From Longimicrobiales bacterium (GTDB lineage: Bacteria > Gemmatimonadota > Gemmatimonadetes > Longimicrobiales > Gaopeijiaceae), in assembly GCA_965219445.1 (NCBI GenBank), contig CBDCNQ010000004.1, positions 864,001 through 928,000 of the forward strand: 64,000 nucleotides of DNA. The letters are read 5' to 3'. Shown in pieces: positions 31,031-41,350 of the stretch. A program made the translations under genes and the position numbers. The notes under the pieces were generated by a model. The model had not been told where the DNA came from and searched no databases. It worked only from the letters and a program-made list of their open reading frames with translations. Numbering within the stretch: the stretch's first letter is position 1; the number at the start of each line of letters is the position of its first letter.

Positions 31031-33108
31031 TGCCCGAGTCCCCCACCGGCCTCTCGCCCGAGCTCGACCGCCTCTGTATCGACGCGGTCCGCGTGCTCGC
31101 GATGGACGCCGTCCAGAGGGCCAACTCAGGCCATCCGGGCACGCCGATGGCACTCGCCCCGATCGGGTATCTGCTCTGGACGCAGCACCTACGGCACAAC
31201 CCCGCGGACCCGGCCTGGGCCGACAGGGACCGCTTCGTGCTGTCGGTGGGCCATGCATCCATGCTCATCTATTCGCTCCTTCACCTGACCGGCTACGACC
31301 TCTCGATGAGGGAGATCACGAATTTCCGGCAGTGGGGATCGCTCACACCGGGGCATCCCGAGCGGGGGCACACCCCCGGCGTCGAGACCACCACCGGGCC
31401 GCTCGGCCAGGGCGTCGCGAACTCGGTGGGAATGGCGCTCGCCGAGCGCTGGCTCGCCGAGCGATTCAACCGGCCCGGCCACGAGGTGGTGGACCACTAC
31501 ACGTATGCGTTCTGCTCGGACGGAGATCTCATGGAGGGCATATCCCACGAGGTGGCCGCAATGGCAGGGCACCAGAGGCTCGGCAAGCTCATCTGGATCT
31601 TCGACGACAACCGCGTCACGATCGAGGGCTCCACCGACCTGAGTACGGCCACCGACCAGGCCGGTCGCTTCGGCGGGTATCATTGGCACGTTCAGCACGT
31701 CGCCGATGGCACCGATCTCGTCGCGCTCGACGATGCGCTCACCACGGCCCGCGCCACGGCCGATCGCCCCTCGCTGATCGTCACGAAGACCCGGATCGCC
31801 GAGGGCAGCCCCAACCGGGTGGGCCATCACGCGACCCACGGGGCCCCGCTCGGAGACGACGAAATCTCCGCGACGAAAACCAACCTCGCTTACCCCTCCG
31901 ACGAGCCATTCCACGTCGACCCGGACGGGCTGGCTGCTTGGCGGGCCACCGGGGACCGTGGTGGCGCACTCCAAGCCGACTGGAGCACGCGCTTCGAGGC
32001 GTATCGGGCGGAGCACCCCGAGTTGGCCGAGGAGTTCAGCCGGATGATGGCGGGAGAGTTGCCCACAGGCTGGGACGCCGAGATTCCCGGATACGAAAAG
32101 GTCGACAAGACCGACGCCACCCGGTCGTGGTCCGGCAAGGTGCTCCAGACGGTCGCGGCGGGCGTACCCAACCTGATCGGTGGCTCCGCCGATCTCGGAC
32201 CGTCGAACAAGACCGATATCGACGGCGGTGGGGATCTTTCGGCGGACAACCCGGCTGGCCGCGTGATCCACTTCGGTGTCCGCGAGCATGGCATGGCCGG
32301 CGTCATGAACGGCCTTGCGCTCCACGGCGGGATCCACCCGTTCGCCGGGACGTTCCTGATCTTTTCGGACTACATGCGGCCGTCTATCCGCCTGGCAGCC
32401 CTCATGGGCCTGCCGGTCACATACGTGTTCACACACGATTCGATCGGGCTCGGCGAGGACGGGCCTACGCACCAACCGATCGAGCAGCTGATGAGCCTCC
32501 GGACCATGCCGAATTTGTTGGACTTACGACCGGCCGACGCGGCCGAGACCGCCGTGGCCTGGCGGATCGCGATGGAGCGCAGGGACGGGCCAACCTGGCT
32601 GTCCCTTACGCGGCAGGGCGTCCCCCCTCTGGATCGAACCGTGCTCACCCCGGCCGAGGAGGCCCGCAAGGGCGCCTACGTGCTGGCGGAGGCCTCAGAA
32701 TCCGCGCCCCAGGTCGTCCTCATCGCGAGCGGTTCCGAAGTCGGGCTGGCCCTGCAGGCCAAGGAGGCCCTGGAAGCCGAGGGGACCGCCACCCGGGTGG
32801 TCAGCATGCCGAGTTGGTGGCTCTTCACGCAGCAGGACCCTGCATACCGCGACCTCGTGCTGCCCCCCAAGGTGCCCGCCCGCGTGGCGGTCGAGGCAGG
32901 GTCCACGTCCGGATGGGCGCGCTGGGTGGGTGACGCTGGTGCCGTGGTGGGCATCGACCACTTCGGGGCCTCGGCCCCCGCCGAGACGCTCTACGAGCGC
33001 CTTGGTGTGACGCCCGAGAACGTCGTGGCAGCGGCCCGAGCTTCGCTCGAGAAGATGGCTCGCGCAGGCAGCAAGAGCTTCGAGCCCTCTAGAGCGAAGC
33101 GTTCCTAG
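31030..33108 (+). CDS. tkt: Transketolase
   Basis: [43 protein letters not shown]. Confidence 0.98.
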   Translation: MPESPTGLSPELDRLCIDAVRVLAMDAVQRANSGHPGTPMALAPIGYLLWTQHLRHNPADPAWADRDRFVLSVGHASMLIYSLLHLTGYDLSMREITNFRQWGSLTPGHPERGHTPGVETTTGPLGQGVANSVGMALAERWLAERFNRPGHEVVDHYTYAFCSDGDLMEGISHEVAAMAGHQRLGKLIWIFDDNRVTIEGSTDLSTATDQAGRFGGYHWHVQHVADGTDLVALDDALTTARATADRPSLIVTKTRIAEGSPNRVGHHATHGAPLGDDEISATKTNLAYPSDEPFHVDPDGLAAWRATGDRGGALQADWSTRFEAYRAEHPELAEEFSRMMAGELPTGWDAEIPGYEKVDKTDATRSWSGKVLQTVAAGVPNLIGGSADLGPSNKTDIDGGGDLSADNPAGRVIHFGVREHGMAGVMNGLALHGGIHPFAGTFLIFSDYMRPSIRLAALMGLPVTYVFTHDSIGLGEDGPTHQPIEQLMSLRTMPNLLDLRPADAAETAVAWRIAMERRDGPTWLSLTRQGVPPLDRTVLTPAEEARKGAYVLAEASESAPQVVLIASGSEVGLALQAKEALEAEGTATRVVSMPSWWLFTQQDPAYRDLVLPPKVPARVAVEAGSTSGWARWVGDAGAVVGIDHFGASAPAETLYERLGVTPENVVAAARASLEKMARAGSKSFEPSRAKRS

Positions 33109-33922
33109 CCAGCTCCATGAGATGGGCCTCGGGCACCTCGCCGACGAGTGCCTGCTCGATCTCCGGCGTCGCCCACGTGACGAGCGCCGGCCCACCGGCG
33201 TTGGTGCTCGCGCTCCAAGCGGAGGCGGGCACGGGGTCACGCGGTTGAGTTCCCTCCCGGGGAATCACGTAATGTAGGATTTCCCGCCCGTCCTCGAGGT
33301 ACTGGATCATCGCTCCGCGCCGACCCTCAATGAGACAGATCTCGGCGCTGGTCAGACGGAGCCCGGCAAGCTGTAGCAGGCTGATGGGACGCCCCAGCTC
33401 CCGGGTCAGGAAGTGGCTGACCTCCACGGCATCAGAACTGACGATTCTCTCCTCCGCGACGGCCCGGCGAAGATAGTCCTCCGCAAACAACCCGCCGTCA
33501 CTGGAAGTCTCGCGCAGACTCTGGAGAAAAACGACGGAGCTCCCGGCCATGAGGCCGACGACCGACGCAGCCGCAGCGAGAACCCACCGGCGGGAGACGC
33601 GCCTCGCGGCGGGCGCCTTCACGCCGGCCAGCGCCTCGGTGACCTCATACGCATCGGTGCCCCCTGATGGCCTGAGACCAAGACCCTTCGACCTCTCCCT
33701 AGCGAGTGCATCGAAGACACGTTCGCGAAGGATCTGTGGTGCCCGCTCTTGGCTCGCACAGTCGTACGCCCTGAGCAGGCTGCGGTCCTGAGCAAAGTAG
33801 GACTCGCAGGCTGGACATCCCTGCACGTGCCGACGAGCCTCGAGTACCTCGCCTTCGGCGAGCCGCGGCCGTTCAGGAGGCCAGAGCGTGTGCCTCGCTT
33901 CGGAGCAGTTCATGCCTTCCAT
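33089..33922 (-). CDS. ZAS-type anti-sigma factor
   Basis: Cys near N-terminus and HxxxCxxC (HVQGCPAC), single TM, extracytoplasmic domain. Confidence 0.85.
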   Translation of the reverse strand: MEGMNCSEARHTLWPPERPRLAEGEVLEARRHVQGCPACESYFAQDRSLLRAYDCASQERAPQILRERVFDALARERSKGLGLRPSGGTDAYEVTEALAGVKAPAARRVSRRWVLAAAASVVGLMAGSSVVFLQSLRETSSDGGLFAEDYLRRAVAEERIVSSDAVEVSHFLTRELGRPISLLQLAGLRLTSAEICLIEGRRGAMIQYLEDGREILHYVIPREGTQPRDPVPASAWSASTNAGGPALVTWATPEIEQALVGEVPEAHLMELARNASL

Positions 33923-33925
33923 CTC

Positions 33926-34471
33926 CTAATGCCTCCGGTCGCGATCGGTACCATTCCGGTCCGCCGACGTCCGAACGAGCGCCGCTAGCAACACATGCCG
34001 GTACAGAAGTAGATCTTTCAAGCCATCCAAACCCGTGTCCAACACATTCGAGGCCTCGTCGTAAGACCAGCGGCGGAAAAGCACGAGCCAGATCGCCGCT
34101 CGCGCCAACGGAGGCATCCTCGCCGCCGCCCGGAAGAGAGCCTCGCGGTCGATCTCCAATGAACCCGTAGGGGGTTCGGAATTTTCCGAGACATCGTCGG
34201 TCGAGAAATCCCCACCCGAAAAAGCGTCGGTCGACCCATCGTCGGTCGAGTCCGAAACCCCGCGGGCCAGGAAAACCGCGACCAGTCTCCCGTCGAGCCA
34301 GTGCCCCACGCCCCCTCCCTCCTCGATCTGGCGAAACTCCTGAAACGCTCCGGTCAGGGTCCACAGAACGAGATCCTCCGCGGGTGGTTTCTCCCCCGCG
34401 TTGAGAAACAGCGCCCCGCGGTAGAGGCCGTCGATATGCTGGGCCGCAAGTTCTTCCAACGTCTGGTGCAT
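33926..34471 (-). CDS. Divergent ECF sigma factor-like protein
   Basis: Region 2-like LYRGALFL..AEDLV..WL and region 4-like MPPLARAAIWL..SYDEAS.VL; directly upstream of the anti-sigma. Confidence 0.7.
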   Translation of the reverse strand: MHQTLEELAAQHIDGLYRGALFLNAGEKPPAEDLVLWTLTGAFQEFRQIEEGGGVGHWLDGRLVAVFLARGVSDSTDDGSTDAFSGGDFSTDDVSENSEPPTGSLEIDREALFRAAARMPPLARAAIWLVLFRRWSYDEASNVLDTGLDGLKDLLLYRHVLLAALVRTSADRNGTDRDRRH

Positions 34472-34572
34472 GCGCTTATGCCCCTCCAGCAGCCTTCAGA
34501 AAAGCCAAAGACACCTTCTTTCAAGCTCATCGAAACACGGTGCGCAGATGCAGGAAGCGCCGATCTGTTGCC

Positions 34573-34599
34573 GAACTCATGCCTCGCACGAACAGTTCC
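34573..34599 (-). promoter_or_regulatory. Possible ECF-type promoter upstream of the sigma/anti-sigma pair
   Basis: Minus strand GGAAC-N16-GAGTT resembles ECF -35/-10 consensus. Confidence 0.3.
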
Positions 34600-34694
34600 C
34601 CCGCGCGGGCCGCGTCTTTTTGGGTGGAGCCCGTGACACGGACCGTCCAGGAATTGGAGGCCGAGGGGCAGATCGGGGCCAGCCGGTCCGAGCG

Positions 34695-35291
34695 TTAGTC
34701 CGTCAATGCCTTCTCCAACAACGAGCTCGACCTCGACGAAAGCTCCAGGTCGGCGGCCGCCTCGTGGCCACGCTCCGTCATCTTGTTCCACGTCTTGCGG
34801 ATGATGTCGATGGCCTTTTCCTCTCCGATGTCATCACGTTTCAGGAAATCCTCGAGATGATGTTCCAGGAAGACGAGAGCCGCCGCGTCTTCGAGGGTCT
34901 GCACGTCGGCGTCGGTGCGCAGGTTTCGCTTCTGGAGCAAGGTCCTGACGCGCTCGATCGTTCCATCGTCGTAATCCACGGCCCGAAGAAGCTCTGACGC
35001 CGTATCCGCATGGAACGCGTACAGCGTGGTACGCCAACGGAGGTACCCCTTCCGGTCCATCGGATAATCGCTACGCGGAATCTCCCACCTCCGAATGTGT
35101 TGGCTGCGGGCGGCGATGCGCAGTGCTTCGGGTGCGTCAGGATCGAGCACCTCGACCCATCTCTGCATTCTCATGCCGTACAGCAGTTCCTTAGGATGCG
35201 CCACCCCGCCGTCGACCTCGGAATTCGGGTCTTCGCTATTGGCCTCGTCGATGCTCCGGATAGCGCGCTGAAATCGATCTGCGTCCGTCAT
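34695..35291 (-). CDS. DUF4202 domain protein
   Basis: ID.AN.EDP, QHIRRWEIPR..YP, GYL.WR, QTLEDAA.LVFL, KTW.KM. Confidence 0.85.
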   Translation of the reverse strand: MTDADRFQRAIRSIDEANSEDPNSEVDGGVAHPKELLYGMRMQRWVEVLDPDAPEALRIAARSQHIRRWEIPRSDYPMDRKGYLRWRTTLYAFHADTASELLRAVDYDDGTIERVRTLLQKRNLRTDADVQTLEDAAALVFLEHHLEDFLKRDDIGEEKAIDIIRKTWNKMTERGHEAAADLELSSRSSSLLEKALTD

Positions 35292-35462
35292 GAACTCCAG
35301 GATACAGCCATCCGCCCGGAACGCATAGCCGGGTACATCCCCGACGTGGCTTGCATCCAGCAAAGCGCATATACATGGTAGTGGCGCGACAGAAAAAGGG
35401 TGAGATCGACAGTTCCATCGTCCCGTCAAACGAGCGGACGCAATGTCGAACGAGCGCACGCC

Positions 35463-36494
35463 ATGAAGACACGGAGGGAATTCCTGGCTCGGGCCTCGCA
35501 GGGCCTGTTGGGACTCGGCGCGATCCCAGCCCTGACCGAGGGCAAGTCCACGGCCCGGACCGGCACGTCGTTCACTCAAGTCCGCGGAACCGGGCTGGTT
35601 TATGACGACCGCTACCTCGATCATGTCCTACCACCGACCGGCAGGGTGCCACACCCCGAGCGCCCGCTCCGGTTGCGGAGGATCAATGAGATCTTCGCCG
35701 AACGAGGTCTCGACCGGGAGCTCACGACCATTCCCCTTTCGTCGGATCCCCTCGCCTCCATTCGGCGGCACCACACCCCGGAGCACATCGAGTCCGTCGG
35801 ATCGATCCCCGTCACCGGTCCCGTTGCGGAGCTGACTGTCGCTGGTGCGCTCGGGGGCGTCGACGCCGTGGCAGATGGGGATGTGCGTAACGCATTCTGT
35901 GCCATCCGACCCCCCGGTCACCATGCGAACAACACAGGCCAAGAGGAGGGGTTCTGTTTTTACAGCAACGCCGCAATCGCCGCTCGGTACGCGCAGGACG
36001 TACACGGCTTCGAGAAGATCCTCATCATCGACTGGGACTACCACCACGGGAATGCTACTCAAAACGCGTTTTATACCGATCCCTCTGTACTCTTTTTCTC
36101 AGCCCACGACTTTTTCGCCTACCCGGGCACAGGCCATCCGTCGCTGACGGGGGAGGGGGAGGGCTCGGGGCTCAACATCAATGCGCACCTCGACTGCGGC
36201 TCAAAGGACGCCGACATGCTGAGGCAATGGGACACTCAGCTCCTCCCCGCGGTGAGCCGATTTCGGCCTGATTTCATCATCCTGTCCGCCGGCTTCGACA
36301 GCCGTCGGGACGACCTGCTAGGTTGTTTCGATCTCACCGACGACGTGTTCCGTCGCATGACCCGTATGTCGATGGACCTTGCGGACGACTATTGCGGAGG
36401 GCGAGTCGTCTCGCTGCTCGAAGGCGGATACAACATCGATGGGACCGCACTCGCCGCCGCCGCCCACGTGGAGGCGCTTCTCGAGGGCGCCTGA
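35463..36494 (+). CDS. Zn-dependent histone-deacetylase family protein with twin-arginine leader
   Basis: TRREFL; HPE, RPPGHHA, GFC, DWDYHHGN, SAGFD, LEGGY. Confidence 0.93.
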   Translation: MKTRREFLARASQGLLGLGAIPALTEGKSTARTGTSFTQVRGTGLVYDDRYLDHVLPPTGRVPHPERPLRLRRINEIFAERGLDRELTTIPLSSDPLASIRRHHTPEHIESVGSIPVTGPVAELTVAGALGGVDAVADGDVRNAFCAIRPPGHHANNTGQEEGFCFYSNAAIAARYAQDVHGFEKILIIDWDYHHGNATQNAFYTDPSVLFFSAHDFFAYPGTGHPSLTGEGEGSGLNINAHLDCGSKDADMLRQWDTQLLPAVSRFRPDFIILSAGFDSRRDDLLGCFDLTDDVFRRMTRMSMDLADDYCGGRVVSLLEGGYNIDGTALAAAAHVEALLEGA

Positions 36495-36546
36495 TCGACG
36501 CCCGACCGAGGCGGAACATAGATCGAAGATCCCGGGCCGAGGTGGT

Positions 36547-37035
36547 TCAGATCACCCGCGGATCCCAGAGCACATCGACAGTCTCGGCAACGACCACCCG
36601 GTCGAACGCCGGATGGTTGGGGTTGATCACGACGTTCCATCCCCAGGGCTGTGCCACGAAGGAGGGCACCAAGACCGCCACCGATTCTTGCGAAGCTACC
36701 CACGCGCTGCCGATCTCACGCGATCGGGCTTCGTCGCGCCAGCGGGGATGTTCCGCAACATCCAGGGTGGTGACGTCCATGTCGTCGGGGATCACGATCC
36801 GCGAGGCCACGCGGTTTCGTGCAAGTCGGCTGCGAACGGCGTACACGAATTGCTCGAGCAAGGCCCCCTCATACGCGCGAGAGGCGTAAACCACCGGGAG
36901 CCCCACCGGATTCCAACGGCCGCCCACCATCGCTGCCCCGACACCATCCAGAGGGTCGTAACGGCGGTGGCTGATCCGGAAGACCTCCAAGGCTAGTGTG
37001 GTGTCGCAATGGCCGAGACACTTCCGGGACTCCAC
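36547..37035 (-). CDS. RES domain toxin (NAD+-consuming family)
   Basis: FRI, GGRWN, VYAS..ALLE, VPS, N.VINP.HP. Confidence 0.9.
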   Translation of the reverse strand: MESRKCLGHCDTTLALEVFRISHRRYDPLDGVGAAMVGGRWNPVGLPVVYASRAYEGALLEQFVYAVRSRLARNRVASRIVIPDDMDVTTLDVAEHPRWRDEARSREIGSAWVASQESVAVLVPSFVAQPWGWNVVINPNHPAFDRVVVAETVDVLWDPRVI

Positions 37036-37036
37036 A

Positions 37037-37489
37037 CTAGACCGGCAAACCCAAATCCATGGCCAAGAGGATGTACTCTACCTGCCGAGCCCCGATCTCG
37101 GAGAGGGCCAGGTCGATGGGCACGGCACCGCCCAACATGGGGTGCGGCGAATTGAGGAATTCCGCCGCGTCCTCGTCGTCCCCCCACACCTCTGCCGCCG
37201 TCGCCAGCAACGAGGCCACACGCACGAGCTGCTCACCCTCCTCAGGCTTGAGCCGATTTCGCCGCTGCAGAGTGGCACGCGAGACGATGGAGTCCACGTA
37301 CTCAGAAGGGCGGCGCACGCCGAACCGCTTCAGCTCCACCTGAAGCTCCTTGACGGCCTCGACCGGGAGCCCCGTCTCCACCGCCTTCCGGACCCTCTCC
37401 AGCCGAGAGGGGCCTGCGTACCCTGGACGAGTCTCCCTGACGACGAGGGCGCCCAGCTCGGCGAGACTCCCCCGTGGGTGGACATTCAT
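37037..37489 (-). CDS. Xre/MbcA/ParS-type antitoxin
   Basis: GLP, SRATLQRR HTH, A.EVWG, FL..PHP.LGG.VPIDLA..E.GA. Confidence 0.9.
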   Translation of the reverse strand: MNVHPRGSLAELGALVVRETRPGYAGPSRLERVRKAVETGLPVEAVKELQVELKRFGVRRPSEYVDSIVSRATLQRRNRLKPEEGEQLVRVASLLATAAEVWGDDEDAAEFLNSPHPMLGGAVPIDLALSEIGARQVEYILLAMDLGLPV

Positions 37490-37577
37490 GATACATTTCC
37501 CCTCGAGCTTACAGATATGTTCACGTGCACGTAAATATCCGTCCATTTGAGCAACATAGCAAGCCCGGAGAGACGGC

Positions 37578-38129
37578 ATGCCGGTCGAAAAATCCGCACG
37601 TATCCAAGGTGGCCGAAGGCTCCTGCTGGTGATCGGCGACCTGCTCGGCGAGCCGGTTGACGCCATCGTCAACGCGGCCAACTCAGAGCTCGCCCACGGG
37701 GGGGGCGTCGCGGCCGCCATTTCGGAGGGGGCCGGAGCCGAGCTCGACGATGAGGGCCACATCCACGTACGTGAATACGGGCCGATACCGGTGGGGGAGG
37801 CCGTGGCCACTACGGCCGGCAGGCTGGACTTCAAGGGAGTGATCCACGCCGTCGGGCCCCGTTTCGGCGACGGGAACGAAGAAGAAAAGCTGAGACAAGC
37901 CGTGTCGAACGCCCTGCTCCGGGCCCACGAGCACCGCTGGAGTTCCGTCTCGATGCCCGCAATCAGCTCAGGCATTTTGGGGGTTCCCTTGGAGACGTGT
38001 GCCCGTGCCTACGTCGCGGGCATTCACCGGCACTTCCAAAGCCAGTCGGATTCCTCCGTGGAGGAAGTCCGTGTTTGCCTCTTTCCGGGGCCGCTCGTGG
38101 ATCTGGTGGCTCGCGAGATGGTCGGCTAG
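37578..38129 (+). CDS. Macro domain protein
   Basis: GDL, DAIVNAAN..L.HGGGVA.AI, VIHAVGP, PAISSGI.G. Confidence 0.95.
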   Translation: MPVEKSARIQGGRRLLLVIGDLLGEPVDAIVNAANSELAHGGGVAAAISEGAGAELDDEGHIHVREYGPIPVGEAVATTAGRLDFKGVIHAVGPRFGDGNEEEKLRQAVSNALLRAHEHRWSSVSMPAISSGILGVPLETCARAYVAGIHRHFQSQSDSSVEEVRVCLFPGPLVDLVAREMVG

Positions 38130-38164
38130 GCGTTCAATTGTCAGCGCAAAGGAGTGACCGAGCA

Positions 38165-39209
38165 TTGAGCGACAAAAGCAAGGACCAGAATACGGCCGCT
38201 ACAGCAGGCGCGCTGACCCGCCGAAGCTTGCTTCTCTCCCTTCCGGGGTTGGCCCTCGCTCGGCGTCTGCTTGCCCAGGCTCAAGCCGCTCCCCTTCGTG
38301 TTCGCGGGCTGCACCACGTAACGCTCGCCGTATCGGACCTGGAACGCTCGCTGAACTTCTACCAGGGGCTCTTCGGCATGGCCGTACAGGCTCGCCAGGG
38401 GGGGGAAAATCCTTCTGCGTATCGGCGACGGACCGCACTTCCTTGCGCTCACCGAAGCCGGCTCTGAGGCACCCAGCATCGACCACTTCGGCCTGGCCGT
38501 GGAGAACTTCGATGTCGATCGTGTCGTGCGGACCTTGGCTGGTCACGACGTGACGCCAGGCGGCCGAGGTGAGGGGTTGAGCGGTGGTCCGAGGCGGCTG
38601 CGGGTGACCACCCGGGGAGACACGCCCGAACTCCATATGGGCGATCCCAACGGTCTGGTCGTTCAGTTGCAGGACCCGAGCTACTGCGGCGGAGGCGGGC
38701 CGCTCGGCGATCGCTGCCCAACGGCAGAGCACTGGCCGAAAAGAGGGCCGATCGCGCTCCGTGGCATGAGCCACCTCACGATCAACGTGCCCGACCCCGC
38801 AGGTACGAACGCGTTTTACCAGCAGACGTTCGGGATGGACATCCAGACGTACCAGGCCGCCTCACCCCTGCTCGGTGTCGGGCGTGGCGTGCACTTCCTG
38901 ATGTTCACCCGGGGGGGTGGGGGGGGCACTGGCCCGGCACGCATCAATCATGTGGCCCTGAGCCTTGAGAATTTCGACGTCGAGCACATTCACAGGGCGT
39001 TGGAAGAACACGGCGTTACGCCGCGAGGTACAGGCCCGGGAGCTTCGGGTCCATTACGGCACCGGGTGTCCATGCGCATGCCGAATCGTGGCGGCGCGCC
39101 GGAAGGGACGCCGGAACTCTACTTCAGCGATCCCGACGGCCTGTCGATCCAGCTTCAGGACGTGGCCTACTGTGGTGGTGGGGGATACTTGGGGGGAGTG
39201 TGCCCCTGA
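38165..39209 (+). pseudogene. Two-domain VOC/glyoxalase family protein with Tat-like leader, frameshifted at a G8 tract
   Basis: LTRRSLL leader and LHHVTLAVSDLERS..FY in one frame; KILLRIGDGPHFLAL..DHFGLAVE..DPNG continues in the next frame after G8 at 38398-38405. Confidence 0.8.
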
Positions 39210-41338
39210 CCACGCTGAAGTCGGCCCTCCTCGTGGGTGTTGTCCTGGTCACGGCCGCCTGTTCGACGGCAGGGCCCGAGGCGGGCGCCGGCTCCGGCGA
39301 CGAAAATCCGTTCTTCAGCGAGAGCACGATGCTGCTCGGGATGCCGGCCTTCGACCGGATCGAAGACCGGCATTTCGCACCCGCCCTCGAGCGAGGCATG
39401 GCCGAACAACGCGCCGAGATCGACAGAATCGCGGAACAGAGTGAGCCGCCGACCCTCGAGAACACCCTGATCGCCATGGAACGCTCGGGCCATCTGCTGC
39501 GGCAGGTCCGCTCCACGTTCTCCAATCTCCGGGGGGCCAACACCAATGACGCCTTGGAGGCCGTTCAAACTGAGATGGCGCCCAAGCTCTCCGCTCACAG
39601 CGACCGGACTCTGCTCAACGGCGAGCTGTTCGAGCGCGTCCGGGCCCTGTACGACCAGCGCCATGACCTGGATCTCGATCCCGAGTCACTGCGGCTCGTA
39701 GAGCGCTACCACACGCGCTTCGTGCGGGCCGGAGCGATGCTGTCGGACGCAGACAAGGAGCGCCTGAGGGCGCTGAACCGCGAGCTTGCGGAGCTCGGCA
39801 CCACCTTCAGTCAGAACGTGCTGAAGGAGGTCAACGATCTGGCCGTGGTCGTGGACAGCCGCCAGGAACTCGGGGGGCTGTCGGACAACGCCATCGCCGT
39901 CGCCCAACAGGCCGCCGCCGCCCGTGGCCTCGAGGGCAGGTACGTCATCGCACTCCGGAACACCAGTGGGCAGCCGCCGCTGGCGTCGCTCGAGGATCGT
40001 GCGTTACGCCAGCGCATCTTGGAGACGTCGCTGTCGCGCGGCAGCCGCGGCGGAGACTTCGACAACCGCGCGATCGTGGCTCGGATGATGAGGGTCCGCG
40101 CCGAGCGGGCACAGCTACTCGAGTATCCCAACCACGCCGCCTACGTCCTGGAGAACCAGACCGCATTGACCAGCGAGGCCGTGAACCAGCGCCTCGCCGA
40201 CCTGGCACCACCCGCGGTCGCGAACGCGGAGCGCGAAGCCATGGACCTGCAGGCCTTGATCGATGCCGAGGGCGGGGACTTCAAGCTGGCTCCTTGGGAC
40301 TGGGCGTACTACACGGAGAAGGTGCGACGGGCCAGGTATGAATTTGATGAATCCCAGCTGCGTCCGTACTTCGAGATCGACAACGTGCTGAAGAATGGCG
40401 TGTTCTTCGCAGCGAACAGACTCTACGGCCTGAGCTTCGAGGAGCGTCCGGACCTGCCGGTCTATCATCCCGACGTGCGGGTGTTCGAGGTCCACGACCA
40501 GGACGGCGAGCTGCTCGCCCTGTACCTGGCCGACCACTATTCACGTCCCTCAAAGCGCGGCGGGGCCTGGGCGAGCTCCTACGTGCGACAGGCGCACCTG
40601 ACCGGCACGCGCCCCGTGTTGGCCAATCACCTGAACGTGCCCAAGCCACCCGAAGGTGAGCCTACGCTACTCACCTTCGACGAGGTGACCACTCTGTTCC
40701 ACGAGTTCGGACACGCCTTGCACGGGATGTTCTCGGACGTGAACTACCCGTTCTTCTCCGGGACGTCGGTGCCGCGGGATTTCGTGGAATTTCCCTCTCA
40801 GGTCAACGAGATGTGGGCGACCTGGCCCGGCGTCTTCGAGAACTACGCCGTGCACCATGAGACGGGCGAAGCGATACCACGAGAGCTGCTGGACAAGGTT
40901 CTGGCCACGCAGTCGTTCAATCAGGGCTTCGCCACCACCGAATACCTGGCCGCTTCCCTGCTCGACATGGCGTGGCACCAACTGACTCCCGACCAGGTTC
41001 CCGACGCCGACGGCTTGATGGCGTTCGAGGCCGCGGCGCTCGAGAGCGCCGGCGTGGCCCTGGACGCGCTCCCGCCGCGCTACCGCACCCCGTACTTCTC
41101 GCACATCATGCGCGGCTACGCGGCCGGGTACTACTCCTACATCTGGAGTGAGGTACTGGACGCCGACGCCGTGGAGTGGTTCAAGGAAAACGGGGGCCTG
41201 ACGCGCGAAAACGGCGACCACTTCCGCAGGGCGCTTCTGTCACGCGGCGGAAGCGTGGACGCCATGACCCTCTATAGAAACTTCCGCGGCACGGATCCCG
41301 ATATCGCGCCGCTTCTGGAGCGCCGGGGGCTGGGATAG
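39200..41338 (+). CDS. dcp: M3 family metallopeptidase (peptidyl-dipeptidase Dcp-like), lipoprotein
   Basis: NPF, KRGGAW, FHEFGHALH, DFVEFPSQ, YFSHI, AGYYSY. Confidence 0.92.
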   Translation: MPLTTLKSALLVGVVLVTAACSTAGPEAGAGSGDENPFFSESTMLLGMPAFDRIEDRHFAPALERGMAEQRAEIDRIAEQSEPPTLENTLIAMERSGHLLRQVRSTFSNLRGANTNDALEAVQTEMAPKLSAHSDRTLLNGELFERVRALYDQRHDLDLDPESLRLVERYHTRFVRAGAMLSDADKERLRALNRELAELGTTFSQNVLKEVNDLAVVVDSRQELGGLSDNAIAVAQQAAAARGLEGRYVIALRNTSGQPPLASLEDRALRQRILETSLSRGSRGGDFDNRAIVARMMRVRAERAQLLEYPNHAAYVLENQTALTSEAVNQRLADLAPPAVANAEREAMDLQALIDAEGGDFKLAPWDWAYYTEKVRRARYEFDESQLRPYFEIDNVLKNGVFFAANRLYGLSFEERPDLPVYHPDVRVFEVHDQDGELLALYLADHYSRPSKRGGAWASSYVRQAHLTGTRPVLANHLNVPKPPEGEPTLLTFDEVTTLFHEFGHALHGMFSDVNYPFFSGTSVPRDFVEFPSQVNEMWATWPGVFENYAVHHETGEAIPRELLDKVLATQSFNQGFATTEYLAASLLDMAWHQLTPDQVPDADGLMAFEAAALESAGVALDALPPRYRTPYFSHIMRGYAAGYYSYIWSEVLDADAVEWFKENGGLTRENGDHFRRALLSRGGSVDAMTLYRNFRGTDPDIAPLLERRGLG

Positions 41339-41350
41339 GCGATAACCACC

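Noticed and set aside
29480..32933. Long alternative ORFs 29480-31258(-), 31189-32475(-), 31332-32933(+)
   Set aside because: They overlap leuS and tkt and have Arg/Gly/Pro-rich off-frame composition
37490..37975. N-terminal extension of the antitoxin ORF to 312 aa
   Set aside because: The extension is antisense to the macrodomain gene; the plausible start is 37489
35463..38129. Sirtuin-macrodomain functional pair
   Set aside because: The deacetylase is Zn-dependent, not a sirtuin, so it would not make O-acetyl-ADP-ribose, and it appears exported
38398..38409. Programmed -1 frameshift at GGGAAAA
   Set aside because: Restoring the ORF needs a +1 shift (one base fewer), not -1
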